From Gaiellales bacterium (GTDB lineage Bacteria > Actinomycetota > Thermoleophilia > Gaiellales > JAICJC01), in contig DATAHR010000264.1 of the NCBI GenBank assembly GCA_036263035.1, positions 1-59,774 of the forward strand: a stretch of 59,774 bases of DNA. Direction: 5' to 3'. Below are positions 8,198 to 17,254 of this stretch, one piece after another (position 1 is the first letter of the stretch; each line of letters begins with the position of its first letter). Under the pieces are notes generated by a model. The model was not told where the DNA came from. It saw only the letters and a list, made by a program, of their open reading frames with translations, and made no database searches. The position numbers and the translations under genes were made by a program.

Positions 8198-9157
8198 GTG
8201 CGTGTGCGGCTGATCGCCAATCCAAGCGCCTCGCGCGTCGATCCGGCGCTGGTCGAGGGGGTCGCCCGGCGGCTGTCCACCGTCGCGGACGTCGATCTCC
8301 GCCGCACCGAGCGCGCCGGGCACGCGACCGAGCTCGCGGGTGAGCCCGGAGCCGACGTGGTGATCGCCATGGGCGGTGACGGCACGGCCAACGAGATCGT
8401 CAACGGCGTCGACCCGGGCACGGTGGTCGGCGTGATTCCGGCCGGAGCCACCTCGGTGCTCGCGCGGCAGCTGGGCCTCCCGGCGCAGCCGTTGCGCGCG
8501 GCCGCAGTGCTGGCCGCCGCGATCGAGGAACGCCGCTGGCGGCCGCTCGGGCTCGGTTCGCTGAACGGCCGCCTTTTCACCTTCTCGGCCGGGTTCGGCC
8601 TCGAGGCGGAGGCGATGCGGCTGGTCGCCGAGCGCCGGGCCGCCCGCCCCGACCATCGCCGGCCGGGCGACCTCGCCGTGGTCGGCTCGGCCATCTCCGT
8701 CCTGCGTGCGGACGGCTTCGCGCTGCGCGAGCGGATGACCATCCGCGCGGGCGGCGACGACATCCGTGCCGCCTACCTGGCGATCGCCAACGGGCATCCC
8801 TACACCTACTTCGGCCGGATCCCGGTGCGCACCGCGCCGCGAGCGGGCCCCGGCTCCGCGCTGGATGCGGTGGCCGTCGGCAGCCTGCGCCCCACCCAGC
8901 TGTGGCGGCTGGCTGCATACGGGCTGGTCTGGCCGCGGCATGCAGCCGGCCGCGACCGCCACGTCGCCTACCTGCACGACATCGAGGTGCTCGACCTGAG
9001 CGCTGACACCCCGCTCGCCGTGCACGTCGACGGGGAGTACCTGGGGCAGATGGACGCGGCCGAGGTGCGCTACCGGCCGGACGCCGTGCGCGTGCTCATT
9101 GCCCCGGGCGCTGCGGCATCCTTTCCGGCCCCGGAACCGGAAGCGGCAGGTACGTGA
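8198..9157 (+). CDS. Diacylglycerol kinase catalytic-domain family lipid kinase (YegS/DagK-like)
   Basis: VRVRLIANPSAS...VVIAMGGDGTANEIVNG...VGVIPAGATSVLARQLGLP. GTG 8198 is in frame with track ORF 7661-9157, whose N-terminal part is low-complexity shadow. Confidence 0.85.
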   Translation: MRVRLIANPSASRVDPALVEGVARRLSTVADVDLRRTERAGHATELAGEPGADVVIAMGGDGTANEIVNGVDPGTVVGVIPAGATSVLARQLGLPAQPLRAAAVLAAAIEERRWRPLGLGSLNGRLFTFSAGFGLEAEAMRLVAERRAARPDHRRPGDLAVVGSAISVLRADGFALRERMTIRAGGDDIRAAYLAIANGHPYTYFGRIPVRTAPRAGPGSALDAVAVGSLRPTQLWRLAAYGLVWPRHAAGRDRHVAYLHDIEVLDLSADTPLAVHVDGEYLGQMDAAEVRYRPDAVRVLIAPGAAASFPAPEPEAAGT

Positions 9158-9941
9158 CGCTCGGCCGCCCTCGGGTGGGCTGGGGGAACAGCGCCATCAG
9201 CTCGTAGACCAGCTCCGGCAGCTCCGTCGAGACCGGCAGCCCCAGCTCGTGAGCGCGCTCGACCGTGATCGGGAAGTCGTGCGTGAAGTAGCCGCCGGCC
9301 AGCAGGTCGGCGAGGCGCTGCGCCGGCTCCGGCTCCATCCGGTCGTCGAGTAGGTCGGTGACCAGCGACATCACCTGCCGCCGTGCCTTTGCGGCGATGT
9401 CGGCGAGGACGAGGAAGCGGTCGTCGATCCGGTCGACCTCCTTGCTCTCGACCACCTTCAGGATCGAGGCGGCCGGCATGTCGCCCAGCTGCGGGTCGAC
9501 GGGGCCGAGCACGGCGTTCGGGTCCATCACGATCTCGTCCGCGGCCAGCGCCACGAGCGTGCCGCCGCTCATCGCGTAGTGCGGCACGAGCACGGTCACC
9601 TTCGCCGGATGTGCGCGCACGGCGTGGGCGATCTGCTCGGCAGCCAGGACGAGCCCGCCCGGCGTGTGCAGGACGAGGTCGATCGGGGTGTCGTCCGGCG
9701 TGAGCCGGATTGCGCGCAGCACCTGCTCCGAGTCGTCGATGTCGATGAAGCGGACGAGCGGCACGCCCAGCAGGCCGATCTGCTCCTGCCGGTGGATCAT
9801 GGTGATCACCTGCGTGCCGCGCTGGCGCTGCAGCGCCGACAGTCGGCGCGCCCGCGTCGCGACCAGCGCCCGCTGGCGCATGAGCGGCGCGATCACTGTC
9901 AGGAAGACGATGACGATGACGATCACGAGCACCCAGGCCAT
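9096..9941 (-). CDS. ClpP/crotonase-fold membrane-anchored serine protease (SDH / SppA-like family)
   Basis: N-terminal TM MAWVLVIVIVIVFLTVIAPL, then LVLHTPGGLVLAAEQIA...YAMSGGTLVALAADEIVM, typical of this ClpP-fold family. Confidence 0.75.
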   Translation of the reverse strand: MAWVLVIVIVIVFLTVIAPLMRQRALVATRARRLSALQRQRGTQVITMIHRQEQIGLLGVPLVRFIDIDDSEQVLRAIRLTPDDTPIDLVLHTPGGLVLAAEQIAHAVRAHPAKVTVLVPHYAMSGGTLVALAADEIVMDPNAVLGPVDPQLGDMPAASILKVVESKEVDRIDDRFLVLADIAAKARRQVMSLVTDLLDDRMEPEPAQRLADLLAGGYFTHDFPITVERAHELGLPVSTELPELVYELMALFPQPTRGRPSVTYLPLPVPGPERMPQRPGQ

Positions 9942-9947
9942 GTGGAG

Positions 9948-9953
9948 AGCGTA
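9948..9953 (-). promoter_or_regulatory. -10-like TACGCT, 6 nt upstream of ATG 9941
   Basis: Minus strand TACGCTctccacATG. Confidence 0.35.
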
Positions 9954-9984
9954 GATGATCGGTTCGGCCGCTCACCACGCCGCC

Positions 9985-9990
9985 TATGAT
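9985..9990 (+). promoter_or_regulatory. -10-like TATGAT, 8 nt upstream of ATG 9999
   Basis: TATGATcccgccccATG. Confidence 0.4.
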
Positions 9991-9998
9991 CCCGCCCC

Positions 9999-10544
9999 AT
10001 GGATCTCGTCATCGCGCTCAGCCAGGGGCTCGGCCTGGCCGTGGCCGCCGGCTTCTTCGCTTCGGCGCCGCTCGCCGTGGGATCGTCGATCGCCGCGCTC
10101 GGCTATGCGGACGGCGCCGTCGACATCGCGGACGACGCCTCGACGGTCGCGTTCCTGTGGGCCCTGGCCATCGTCGAGTTCACAGCCGACGCCATCTGGC
10201 CGGGTGCCGAGGCCGGCGCGAGGCTCGTCCGCCGTGTGGTCGGCGGCGGCCTGGCGTTCGAGCTGATCGCGGGGGAGGAGATCCCCTATGTCGGTCTGGC
10301 GATCGGCGCCCTGGTGGCCGCCGCCGTGGCGCTCACGCTGCGCCAGATGCGCATCCGCGCCATCCGTGGCGGCGGGGACGTGCGCGGCACCGCCGTCATC
10401 GAGGACGGTGCCGGAGTGGTCACCGCCTTCGTCGGCGCCATCCCGATCATCGGCTACGTCCTCACGATCGCAGCTGGAGTGCTGTTCGACCGCACCCGTC
10501 GCCGTGATCAGGAGAAGTACAAGGGCCTGCGCGTCCTGCGCTGA
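9999..10544 (+). CDS. DUF4126-like integral membrane protein
   Basis: Gly/Ala-rich multi-TM protein MDLVIALSQGLGLAVAAGF...FTADAIWPG.... The family call is from memory of the motif pattern. Confidence 0.6.
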   Translation: MDLVIALSQGLGLAVAAGFFASAPLAVGSSIAALGYADGAVDIADDASTVAFLWALAIVEFTADAIWPGAEAGARLVRRVVGGGLAFELIAGEEIPYVGLAIGALVAAAVALTLRQMRIRAIRGGGDVRGTAVIEDGAGVVTAFVGAIPIIGYVLTIAAGVLFDRTRRRDQEKYKGLRVLR

Positions 10545-10567
10545 GGCCGGCTCCGCTGCTCGCACGA

Positions 10568-12001
10568 ATGCCCAAGAAGCTGATCCTGGCGGTGATCGAC
10601 GGCCTCGGGCCGGCGGTGCTCGACCGGGCGATCGCAGAGGGCAGGGCGCCTGCCCTGGCGCGGCTCCAGGAGCTCGGCAGCCGCACGGACGCCTGCGTGT
10701 CCACGTTTCCCTCTCTGACACCCGTCTGCCTGTCGGCCCTGATCACCGGCGAGCACCCGGTCGGCACCCGCATCCCGAGCATGACCTGGTACCACCGCGA
10801 CGAGGGCCGGTTCGTGGAGTACGGGTCGTCGTTCCTGGCCACGCTGGCCGAGGGCACCAAGCAGATGGTGGACGACGTCATGGTCAACCTCAACCTGCTG
10901 CACATGTCGCCACGGGTGACGACGGTGTTCGAGGCGCTGGAGGATCGGGGGCTGGTGACGGCCGCGGTGAACACCTACATCTGCCGCGGTCGTGTGCGCC
11001 ATCCGATCGCGCGCCACGCGGCCAGGCGCATCGCGCGGCGCGTCGGCATCGTCGATGCCGTCTACGGGCCGCGGCGGTACTTCTTCGGCGAGCTGTTCTG
11101 GTCGGACGAGACCGGAGCGCCGAGGAACTTCGGCGGCTCCGTCGACCGCCACGGCGGGCATGTCGCCCGGTGGCTGGTAACCCGCGACGGCTTCGACTTC
11201 CTGTTCCTCTACCTCTACGAGACGGACGCGGCCGGGCACCGTGGCGGCGATGTGCTCGCGGCGGTGGAGCAGGCCGACCGCGGCATCGGCCTGGTGGTCG
11301 ACGCCGCCGGCGGATGGAGCGAGTTCCTCGAGCGCTACGCGATTGCCGTCGTGGCCGACCACGGCCAGAGCCAGGTGGAGCGGGTCGCGGACGCCGCCGA
11401 GCCGTTCGACGACCTGCGCCTGTTCCGCTCCAGCCGCCATTCCGACCCGGCGCAGTGCGACCTGGCGCTCGCGGCCAGCAACCGCCTGGCGATGGCCTAC
11501 CTGCTGCCGGGCGGCACGCTCACGGCGAGCGAGGTGGCGCACCGGTTCGCCCGCCATCCCGCGTCCGACGTGGTCATCTGGCGTGAGGGCGCCTGGTATG
11601 CCGTGCGCCGGGACGGCGGAGAGCTGCGCTTCCGGCCCGGCGGCGACCACCATGACGCCCGGGGCACCGCGTGGGAGCTGGCCGGAGACCGTGACCTGCT
11701 CGATCCGGCGATCTACCCGAACGCCCTCGAGCGCATCGCAGGCGCGGCGGCATGCGCGACGGCCGGCGACGTGATCGTGTCGGCGCGTCTCGGCGACGAG
11801 TTCGCGGACGCGGGCGGCCAGCACCACGCCGGCGGCGGGAGCCACGGCTCGCTGCACGCCGAGGACTCACTCGTCCCGCTGATCACGGCGGGCTTCGAGA
11901 CGGCGCCGGACCTCGGCGCCGAGCCGTCGATCACCGACCTCACGCCGCTTGCCCTGCGGCACTTCTCTGCGGCCGGCGCGCCGGTCCGCGCACGGTCGTG
12001 A
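10568..12001 (+). CDS. Alkaline-phosphatase superfamily protein (type I phosphodiesterase / nucleotide pyrophosphatase-like)
   Basis: KLILAVIDGLGPAVL...STFPSLTPVCLSALITGEHP...YETDAAGHRGG...VADHGQS...GGSHGSL, the metal-ligand and nucleophile pattern of this superfamily. Confidence 0.75.
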   Translation: MPKKLILAVIDGLGPAVLDRAIAEGRAPALARLQELGSRTDACVSTFPSLTPVCLSALITGEHPVGTRIPSMTWYHRDEGRFVEYGSSFLATLAEGTKQMVDDVMVNLNLLHMSPRVTTVFEALEDRGLVTAAVNTYICRGRVRHPIARHAARRIARRVGIVDAVYGPRRYFFGELFWSDETGAPRNFGGSVDRHGGHVARWLVTRDGFDFLFLYLYETDAAGHRGGDVLAAVEQADRGIGLVVDAAGGWSEFLERYAIAVVADHGQSQVERVADAAEPFDDLRLFRSSRHSDPAQCDLALAASNRLAMAYLLPGGTLTASEVAHRFARHPASDVVIWREGAWYAVRRDGGELRFRPGGDHHDARGTAWELAGDRDLLDPAIYPNALERIAGAAACATAGDVIVSARLGDEFADAGGQHHAGGGSHGSLHAEDSLVPLITAGFETAPDLGAEPSITDLTPLALRHFSAAGAPVRARS

Positions 12002-12034
12002 GCCGCGCTGGGTAGTGCCGTGGGGTGATTGCTC

Positions 12035-12040
12035 TAGTGT
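12035..12040 (+). promoter_or_regulatory. -10-like TAGTGT, 7 nt upstream of ATG 12048
   Basis: TAGTGTgtgccggATG. Confidence 0.35.
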
Positions 12041-12047
12041 GTGCCGG

Positions 12048-12497
12048 ATGAAGGACGCTGGAACGGACGTCGCCGGCGTAGGTCTTCGTGCCCACGCCGA
12101 GCGCGTGAACGTCGGCCTCCGCAGCCATCACAACTGGCTTGAGCTGATGCGGTTCTGCGTCGTCGGTGGCTCCGGTTACGTGATCAACGTGGGGCTGTTC
12201 ACGATCGCCTACCAGCACGTGCCCTACCTGATCGCGTTCATCTTCGCGTTCGTCGTCGCGGCGACCAGCAACTTCATCTGGAACCGTGTCTGGACGTTCC
12301 GCATCGAGCATGGCGTCCCTCACGTCCAGTACGCCAGGTTCCTCGCAGTCAGCGTGCTCGCCCTCGTGATCGACCTGGTGGCGCTGGCGCTGCTGGTGGA
12401 GGTGTTCGGCGTGCACAAGCCGATCGCGGCGGCGATCGCCATCGTCGTGGCCACCCCCATCAGCTTCCTTGGCAACAAGCTCTGGAGCTTTCGCTAG
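12048..12497 (+). CDS. GtrA-family membrane protein
   Basis: LMRFCVVGGSGYVINVGLF...ATSNFIWNRVWTFR...SFLGNKLWSFR, which are GtrA signature segments. Confidence 0.85.
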   Translation: MKDAGTDVAGVGLRAHAERVNVGLRSHHNWLELMRFCVVGGSGYVINVGLFTIAYQHVPYLIAFIFAFVVAATSNFIWNRVWTFRIEHGVPHVQYARFLAVSVLALVIDLVALALLVEVFGVHKPIAAAIAIVVATPISFLGNKLWSFR

Positions 12498-14376
12498 AGC
12501 CGCGGTAGCCGCTCTGCTGGCGCTTGCCCTGGCGCCGGCGGGCGCCCATGCCGCTGCCCGCCAGCTCGACCGCCGCCAGGTGATCGCGATCGCGGGCGCG
12601 AGCCCGCAGGTGGCGGCGGTGCTGCGCGAGCATCCGGGCGCCCACTGGGAGGTGCTCTACAGCCGGCCCCGGCGCACCTGGACGGCGGTGCTCGAGGCGC
12701 CCGGCAAGCACACCGTGCTCGCCACAGTTCGGGTGAGCGACCGCAGCTCGTCGGTGCTCTCCAGCCGGCTGGCGCCGTCCACCGGCCCGCCGCGGCTGAC
12801 GCCGGCCGGCGCCAAGACGCTCGCATGGCGCTCGCCGGCGATCCGCGATTGGGTGCGGCAGTACCCGGGCGTCACCTCCGATGCGACGCTCGGCGACGAC
12901 CGTGTCTGGACGGTTCGGTACCTCGACCGGGGCGGCGACGACATCGCCGAGGCGCGGATTGACGACGCATCGATGGAGCTGGCCGGCACCCGCACCGGGC
13001 CGCAGGTGGGGTGGCAGCTCGCGCGCGGCGAACCGCAGTCCTACGGCCGGCTGGCCAACCGCTGGTGGATCTTCCTGCCGCTCTGCCTGCTGTTCGTCGG
13101 TGGCCTGCTCGACTGGCGCAGGCCGATCTCCATGCGGACGCTCGATCTGCTCGCCATGCTGTCGTTCGGGATATCGCTGCACTGGTTCAACGACGGCAAC
13201 CTGTTCGTCTCGACGCCGCTCATCTACCCGCCGCTGATCTATCTGCTCGTGCGGCTGATCCGGGTCGGGTGGACACAGCCGCTGCGGCGGGTGGAGATCG
13301 GTTCCACCCATGCGCTGATCCTCGTCGCACTGATCTTCGGGCTGGTCGGCTTCCGGCTCGGGCTGAACAACCGGGACTCGAACATCCTCGACGTGGGCTA
13401 CGCCGGCGTCGTCGGCGCAGACCGGCTGCTGCACGGCACGGTGCCCTACGGGCACATGCCGGTGAAGACGGCGAAGCCGTGCCACGGCCGCTACGCCAAC
13501 GGCGATCCGGTCGCATACGTGCAGTCGACCGACGGGCGGTGCGAATCCGCGATCGAGAGCGGCGATACCTACGGGCCGGTCGTCTATGCGGCGTATGTCC
13601 CGTCCGTCGCCGCGCTCGGCTGGAGCGGCCTCTGGGACGACCTGCCGGCGGCGCACGTCGCGTCCTCGGCCTTCGACCTGCTCGCGATCGCCGGCCTGTT
13701 CGTCGCCGGCTGGCGTCTGCGCTCGCCGCGGATCGGCGTGCTGCTGGCCTTCGGCTGGGCCGCCAACCCCTTCACGCTGTACACGCTCAACATGAACACG
13801 AACGACGCGCTCGTGGGGGCGCTGATGGCGTGGTTCATGGCGGCGCTGTCGCTGCCGTTCGTGCGCGGCGTGCTGCTCGCGGCCGCAGCGATGACCAAGC
13901 TGGGCCCGTTTGCCCTGGTGCCGCTGCTCGCCTCGCTGCGACGGCGCTGGCTGACCGCCGCGGGGTTCCTCGCAGGGGTGGCCGCGTCGCTCGGGGTCGT
14001 CCTGATCGACGGGCTCGACGGCCTGCGGGTGTTCTACGACCGCACGCTGCACTTCCAGCTCGATCGCGTGACGCCGTTGTCCATCTGGACGATCGGTGCA
14101 TTCCATCCAGGCTGGCCGCACCTGCACTGGCTGCAGCAGGTGGTGCAGATCGCCGTCATCCTCGGGTGCACGCTGCTCGCGGTGCTGCCCCGCCGGCGGA
14201 AGGACGCCGCCGCCGTCGCGGCGCTGGGCGGCGCAGCCCTCGTCGCCACCCAGATGGCTTCCAGCTATTGGTTCTACCCGTACATCTGCTGGTGGCTGCC
14301 TCTGGTCCTGGTGGCCGTGCTGCTGCCGCGCGAGCCCGCCCGCCCCCAGCCGGCCCCGCTGTTCACGCCGCGCTGA
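12469..14376 (+). CDS. GT-C fold polytopic membrane glycosyltransferase (DUF2029/GT87-like) with an exported N-terminal domain
   Basis: TTG start, signal-like AAVAALLALALAPAGAHA, and a soluble region of about 190 aa with two PepSY-like repeats. This is followed by more than 10 TM helices and a DVGYAGVVGADRLL loop. It overlaps the gtrA end by 29 nt. Confidence 0.65.
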   Translation: MATSSGAFARAAVAALLALALAPAGAHAAARQLDRRQVIAIAGASPQVAAVLREHPGAHWEVLYSRPRRTWTAVLEAPGKHTVLATVRVSDRSSSVLSSRLAPSTGPPRLTPAGAKTLAWRSPAIRDWVRQYPGVTSDATLGDDRVWTVRYLDRGGDDIAEARIDDASMELAGTRTGPQVGWQLARGEPQSYGRLANRWWIFLPLCLLFVGGLLDWRRPISMRTLDLLAMLSFGISLHWFNDGNLFVSTPLIYPPLIYLLVRLIRVGWTQPLRRVEIGSTHALILVALIFGLVGFRLGLNNRDSNILDVGYAGVVGADRLLHGTVPYGHMPVKTAKPCHGRYANGDPVAYVQSTDGRCESAIESGDTYGPVVYAAYVPSVAALGWSGLWDDLPAAHVASSAFDLLAIAGLFVAGWRLRSPRIGVLLAFGWAANPFTLYTLNMNTNDALVGALMAWFMAALSLPFVRGVLLAAAAMTKLGPFALVPLLASLRRRWLTAAGFLAGVAASLGVVLIDGLDGLRVFYDRTLHFQLDRVTPLSIWTIGAFHPGWPHLHWLQQVVQIAVILGCTLLAVLPRRRKDAAAVAALGGAALVATQMASSYWFYPYICWWLPLVLVAVLLPREPARPQPAPLFTPR

Positions 14377-15154
14377 AGCGAAACAGCTCGATGGCTGTGG
14401 CCCGGCCGCTGCCCTCGTCGCAGTCGACGATCGCGCCCTCGATGCGGACGTCGTTCTCGGCCGGCTCGAACCGCACCGGCAGCCCCGTCTGGAACCTGCG
14501 CAGGACAAGCTCGGCGCGGACGCCGATCACGGAGTCGTGAGGGCCGGTCATGCCCGCGTCCGTCAGGTACGCAGTGCCGCCAGGAAGCAGGGCCGCATCG
14601 TTCGTCTGCACGTGCGTGTGCGTGCCGATCACGGCGGTCACGTCGCCGTCGAGCAGCCGGCCCATCGCCACCTTCTCACTTGTCGCCTCGGCGTGGAAGT
14701 CGACCAGCACGACCGGTGTGCGCGCGCGGGCCTCGGCCACCAGCCGCGGCGCCATCTCGAACGGGCTCTGCGCAGCGTCGAGGAACAGCTGCCCGATCAG
14801 GTTGATCACCGCCACCTGCGTGCCGTTCGCCGCCTCGACGACGGTGATGCCGCGCCCGGGCGCGTTGCCCGCATGGTTCGCGGGCCGGACGATGCGCTCG
14901 TCGGCCTCGAGGAAGGGATACACCTCCCGCTGGCGGTATGCATGGTTGCCGAGCGTGATCGCGTCCACGCCGGCGGCGTACAGGCGGGTCGCGATGCGGC
15001 TGGTGACGCCGACGCCGTCTGCGGCGTTCTCCGCGTTCGCGATCACCGCGTCGACGTGATGCTGCTCGCGCAGGGCGGGCAGGTGCTGCTCGACCGCCCG
15101 GCGGCCCGGTGCGGCGAAGATGTCGGCCAGGAACATGATGCGCACGGGGCGCAT
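14363..15154 (-). CDS. ymdB: YmdB-family metallophosphoesterase (2',3'-cyclic-nucleotide 2'-phosphodiesterase-like)
   Basis: MRPVRIMFLADIFAAPGR...VIANAENAADGVG...TLGNHAY...VDFHAEATSEK...GTHTHVQTND...AYLTDAGMTG. Confidence 0.9.
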   Translation of the reverse strand: MRPVRIMFLADIFAAPGRRAVEQHLPALREQHHVDAVIANAENAADGVGVTSRIATRLYAAGVDAITLGNHAYRQREVYPFLEADERIVRPANHAGNAPGRGITVVEAANGTQVAVINLIGQLFLDAAQSPFEMAPRLVAEARARTPVVLVDFHAEATSEKVAMGRLLDGDVTAVIGTHTHVQTNDAALLPGGTAYLTDAGMTGPHDSVIGVRAELVLRRFQTGLPVRFEPAENDVRIEGAIVDCDEGSGRATAIELFRFSAA

Positions 15155-15164
15155 CGTATGCGGC

Positions 15165-15953
15165 TCAGAGCAGCGGGCTCGCTCCGGGCGCCGGCCCGAC
15201 CTGCAGCGACACGTGGTTGCCGGAGTCCGAGGTGTAGTGCGACACCGTCTGATCGATCAGCTTGGAGAGGTCGACGACCGTGCCCAGCTTCGTCACGGAC
15301 GCCTGCACCGGCGTGCCCACGTCGACGCTGAGGTGCTTCGCGAGGTTGCCGACCGTGACGATCACCGCGGCCAGGTCGCTCGGCCTGATCTGCACGATGC
15401 TGCCGCGCACCTTGCCGTTCAGCACGTAGGGCTGGACGCTGACCACGACGCCGTCCACGGGGGAGTAGACGTTGGTTCCGGCGGGCGCTCCGACGTCGAC
15501 GGTGCTCGTTTCCGACCCCGTCCCGCCGCTGTCGATGTAGTAGCGCGGTCCGGAGCTGCCCCCGCTGCCGAACAGGCGGTCGCCCAGCCGGGCCAGGAAT
15601 CCGGCGTTGCGCTGGCTGCCGGCCGGCGTCAGCGGGATGGCGTCGCTCACGCCCGTGGCGTGGTAGACGATGGCGGTCACCCTGCCCTGCGACACCGGCA
15701 GCTCGAGCGCGAGCGAGCTGACCGTCGCGAGCGTCTCGGGAGGGGCCGGCGGGCCGTTCGGCGCGGCCTCGGCGGCATTCCCGACGGGGATGCCGGACGT
15801 CGTGTTGCTCGAGGAGCCCGAGTGCAGCAGCGTGAAGCCGAGCGCGACGATCGCGAGCAGCAGCGCCGCGGTCACCAGCCGGCGGAGCCGGTGGGGCGAG
15901 CGGCGCCTGACCGTGCGGCGGCGCCTGCGCTGTCGCTGTCTGGTGGCGATCAC
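15165..15953 (-). CDS. Membrane-anchored LytM/M23-like domain protein (probably degenerate)
   Basis: Arg-rich cytoplasmic tail, one TM, and a C-terminal beta-rich domain with GTNVYSPVDGVVVSV. No clear HxxxD or HxH metal ligands were seen. Confidence 0.45.
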   Translation of the reverse strand: MIATRQRQRRRRRTVRRRSPHRLRRLVTAALLLAIVALGFTLLHSGSSSNTTSGIPVGNAAEAAPNGPPAPPETLATVSSLALELPVSQGRVTAIVYHATGVSDAIPLTPAGSQRNAGFLARLGDRLFGSGGSSGPRYYIDSGGTGSETSTVDVGAPAGTNVYSPVDGVVVSVQPYVLNGKVRGSIVQIRPSDLAAVIVTVGNLAKHLSVDVGTPVQASVTKLGTVVDLSKLIDQTVSHYTSDSGNHVSLQVGPAPGASPLL

Positions 15954-15959
15954 CAGGCC

Positions 15960-15965
15960 AGGGTA
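15960..15965 (-). promoter_or_regulatory. -10-like TACCCT, 6 nt upstream of GTG 15953
   Basis: Minus strand TACCCTggcctgGTG. Confidence 0.35.
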
Positions 15966-16029
15966 GCGCCTGCGGCCGCCCCGGCGATCCCGTACGGCGA
16001 CGGGTTCCAGTGACCTCTGGACCGGTTGG

Positions 16030-16035
16030 TAGCAT
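16030..16035 (+). promoter_or_regulatory. -10-like TAGCAT, 7 nt upstream of ATG 16043
   Basis: TAGCATcgaccggATG. Confidence 0.4.
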
Positions 16036-16042
16036 CGACCGG

Positions 16043-17254
16043 ATGCCGCCCGTCACGTCGCGGAAGGTCCTGATCCCGCGCTGGGTGCAGCTGGTCGGCC
16101 TGCCGCTGGTCGTCGTCGGCGCCTGGCAGTTCGTCTCCGCGGTCAGCCACGCGGTCTTCATCTTCGTCGTCGCCGCCCTGATCGCCATCCTGCTGAACCC
16201 GGTCGTGCGCTCGTTCGCCGCGCTGCGGATCCCGCGCCCGCTCGCCGTGCTGCTCGTGTACCTGCTCTTCGGCCTGACGTTCATCGCGGCCGGCGTGCTC
16301 GCGGGCACCGTGATCGCCACCCAGGCGCAGTCGGCAAGCGGCGTCGTCCAGCGTGAGTTCAGCACCGCGCCGGGCCAGACCGAGACCCCTGCACAGCAGA
16401 AGCTCGACCGGCTACAGCACTGGCTCGACACCCATCACCTGCACCAGGTCGACGTTCGCAACCTGGGCGACAAGGTGCAGCAGAAGATCGACACGCTCGA
16501 CGTGCAGAGCGTCTCGGGCAAGGCGGTCAGCGTCGCGCAGGGGATCGCGATCGGGGTGGTGGAGAGCCTGTTCAACGTCGTGCTCGTGATCGTCGTGTCG
16601 GTCTACATGCTGCTCGACGCCCCGCGGCTGTCGGCGTTCCTGCGCCGGCTGCTGCCGCACGAGGAGGGTGAGCGCGATCTGATGACGCGGGTGGAGCGGG
16701 CGCTGATCTCCTACGTGCGAGGGCAGATCATGGTCTCCCTGGTGATCGGCCTCAGCGCCGGCCTGTTCATGTGGGTGCTGGGCGTGACCGGGATCTTCAA
16801 GAACGGCGACGACTACGCGATCGCCTTCGGCGCGTTCGCGGCGCTGACCGAGGTGATCCCCTACGTCGGCCCCTGGCTGGGAGCCATCCCGCCGTTCATC
16901 GTGGCCCTCTCCGAGTCGCCCAGCGCCGCCCTGGCCGTCGGCATCGCCTTCCTCATCATCCACCAGATCGAGGGCCACATCGTCATCCCCAAGCTGATGG
17001 GGGGAGCGGTCGGCGTGCACCCGCTGCTGGTCATCTTCGCCCTGCTTGCCGGGGAGCAGCTCTACGGCCTGGCCGGCGTGTTCATCACGCTGCCCCTGGT
17101 CGCCGTCGGGAGGGAGCTGTTCGCGTTCCTCCGCGAGCGCATCGGCATGCAGCAGTGGACGAACGGGCCGCTCACCGTCGAGGTGCCGGTGGAGGTGGAG
17201 CCGCGGCCGCCGACCCCGCCGCCGGCCGACCCCGGGCCGGCTACTGCTGGGTAA
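16043..17254 (+). CDS. AI-2E family transporter (PerM/UPF0118)
   Basis: Multi-TM protein with the characteristic C-terminal EVIPYVGPWLGAIPPFIVAL...IHQIEGHIVIPKLMG. Confidence 0.85.
   Translation: MPPVTSRKVLIPRWVQLVGLPLVVVGAWQFVSAVSHAVFIFVVAALIAILLNPVVRSFAALRIPRPLAVLLVYLLFGLTFIAAGVLAGTVIATQAQSASGVVQREFSTAPGQTETPAQQKLDRLQHWLDTHHLHQVDVRNLGDKVQQKIDTLDVQSVSGKAVSVAQGIAIGVVESLFNVVLVIVVSVYMLLDAPRLSAFLRRLLPHEEGERDLMTRVERALISYVRGQIMVSLVIGLSAGLFMWVLGVTGIFKNGDDYAIAFGAFAALTEVIPYVGPWLGAIPPFIVALSESPSAALAVGIAFLIIHQIEGHIVIPKLMGGAVGVHPLLVIFALLAGEQLYGLAGVFITLPLVAVGRELFAFLRERIGMQQWTNGPLTVEVPVEVEPRPPTPPPADPGPATAG

Noticed and set aside
9096-9157. Convergent 3' overlaps (lipid kinase with ClpP-fold protease, 62 nt; ATL with Wzy_C-2 at 52423-52508, 86 nt) as possible antisense regulation
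   Set aside because: The overlapping tails are low-complexity and poorly constrained. Such overlaps are common in compact high-GC genomes, and nothing in the sequence indicates function.
12460-14508. Very long antisense or off-frame ORFs: 12460-14508(-), 15043-16431(-), 17062-18243(-), 23366-25378(-), 33293-35152(-), 36184-37749(-), 39844-41097(-), 52253-53782(-), 54588-55532(+), 55562-56614(+) and similar
   Set aside because: All are Arg/Pro/Gly/Ala-rich with no motifs. Each lies opposite or out of frame to a gene with clear family signatures. This is a typical artefact of about 70% GC DNA with few stop codons.
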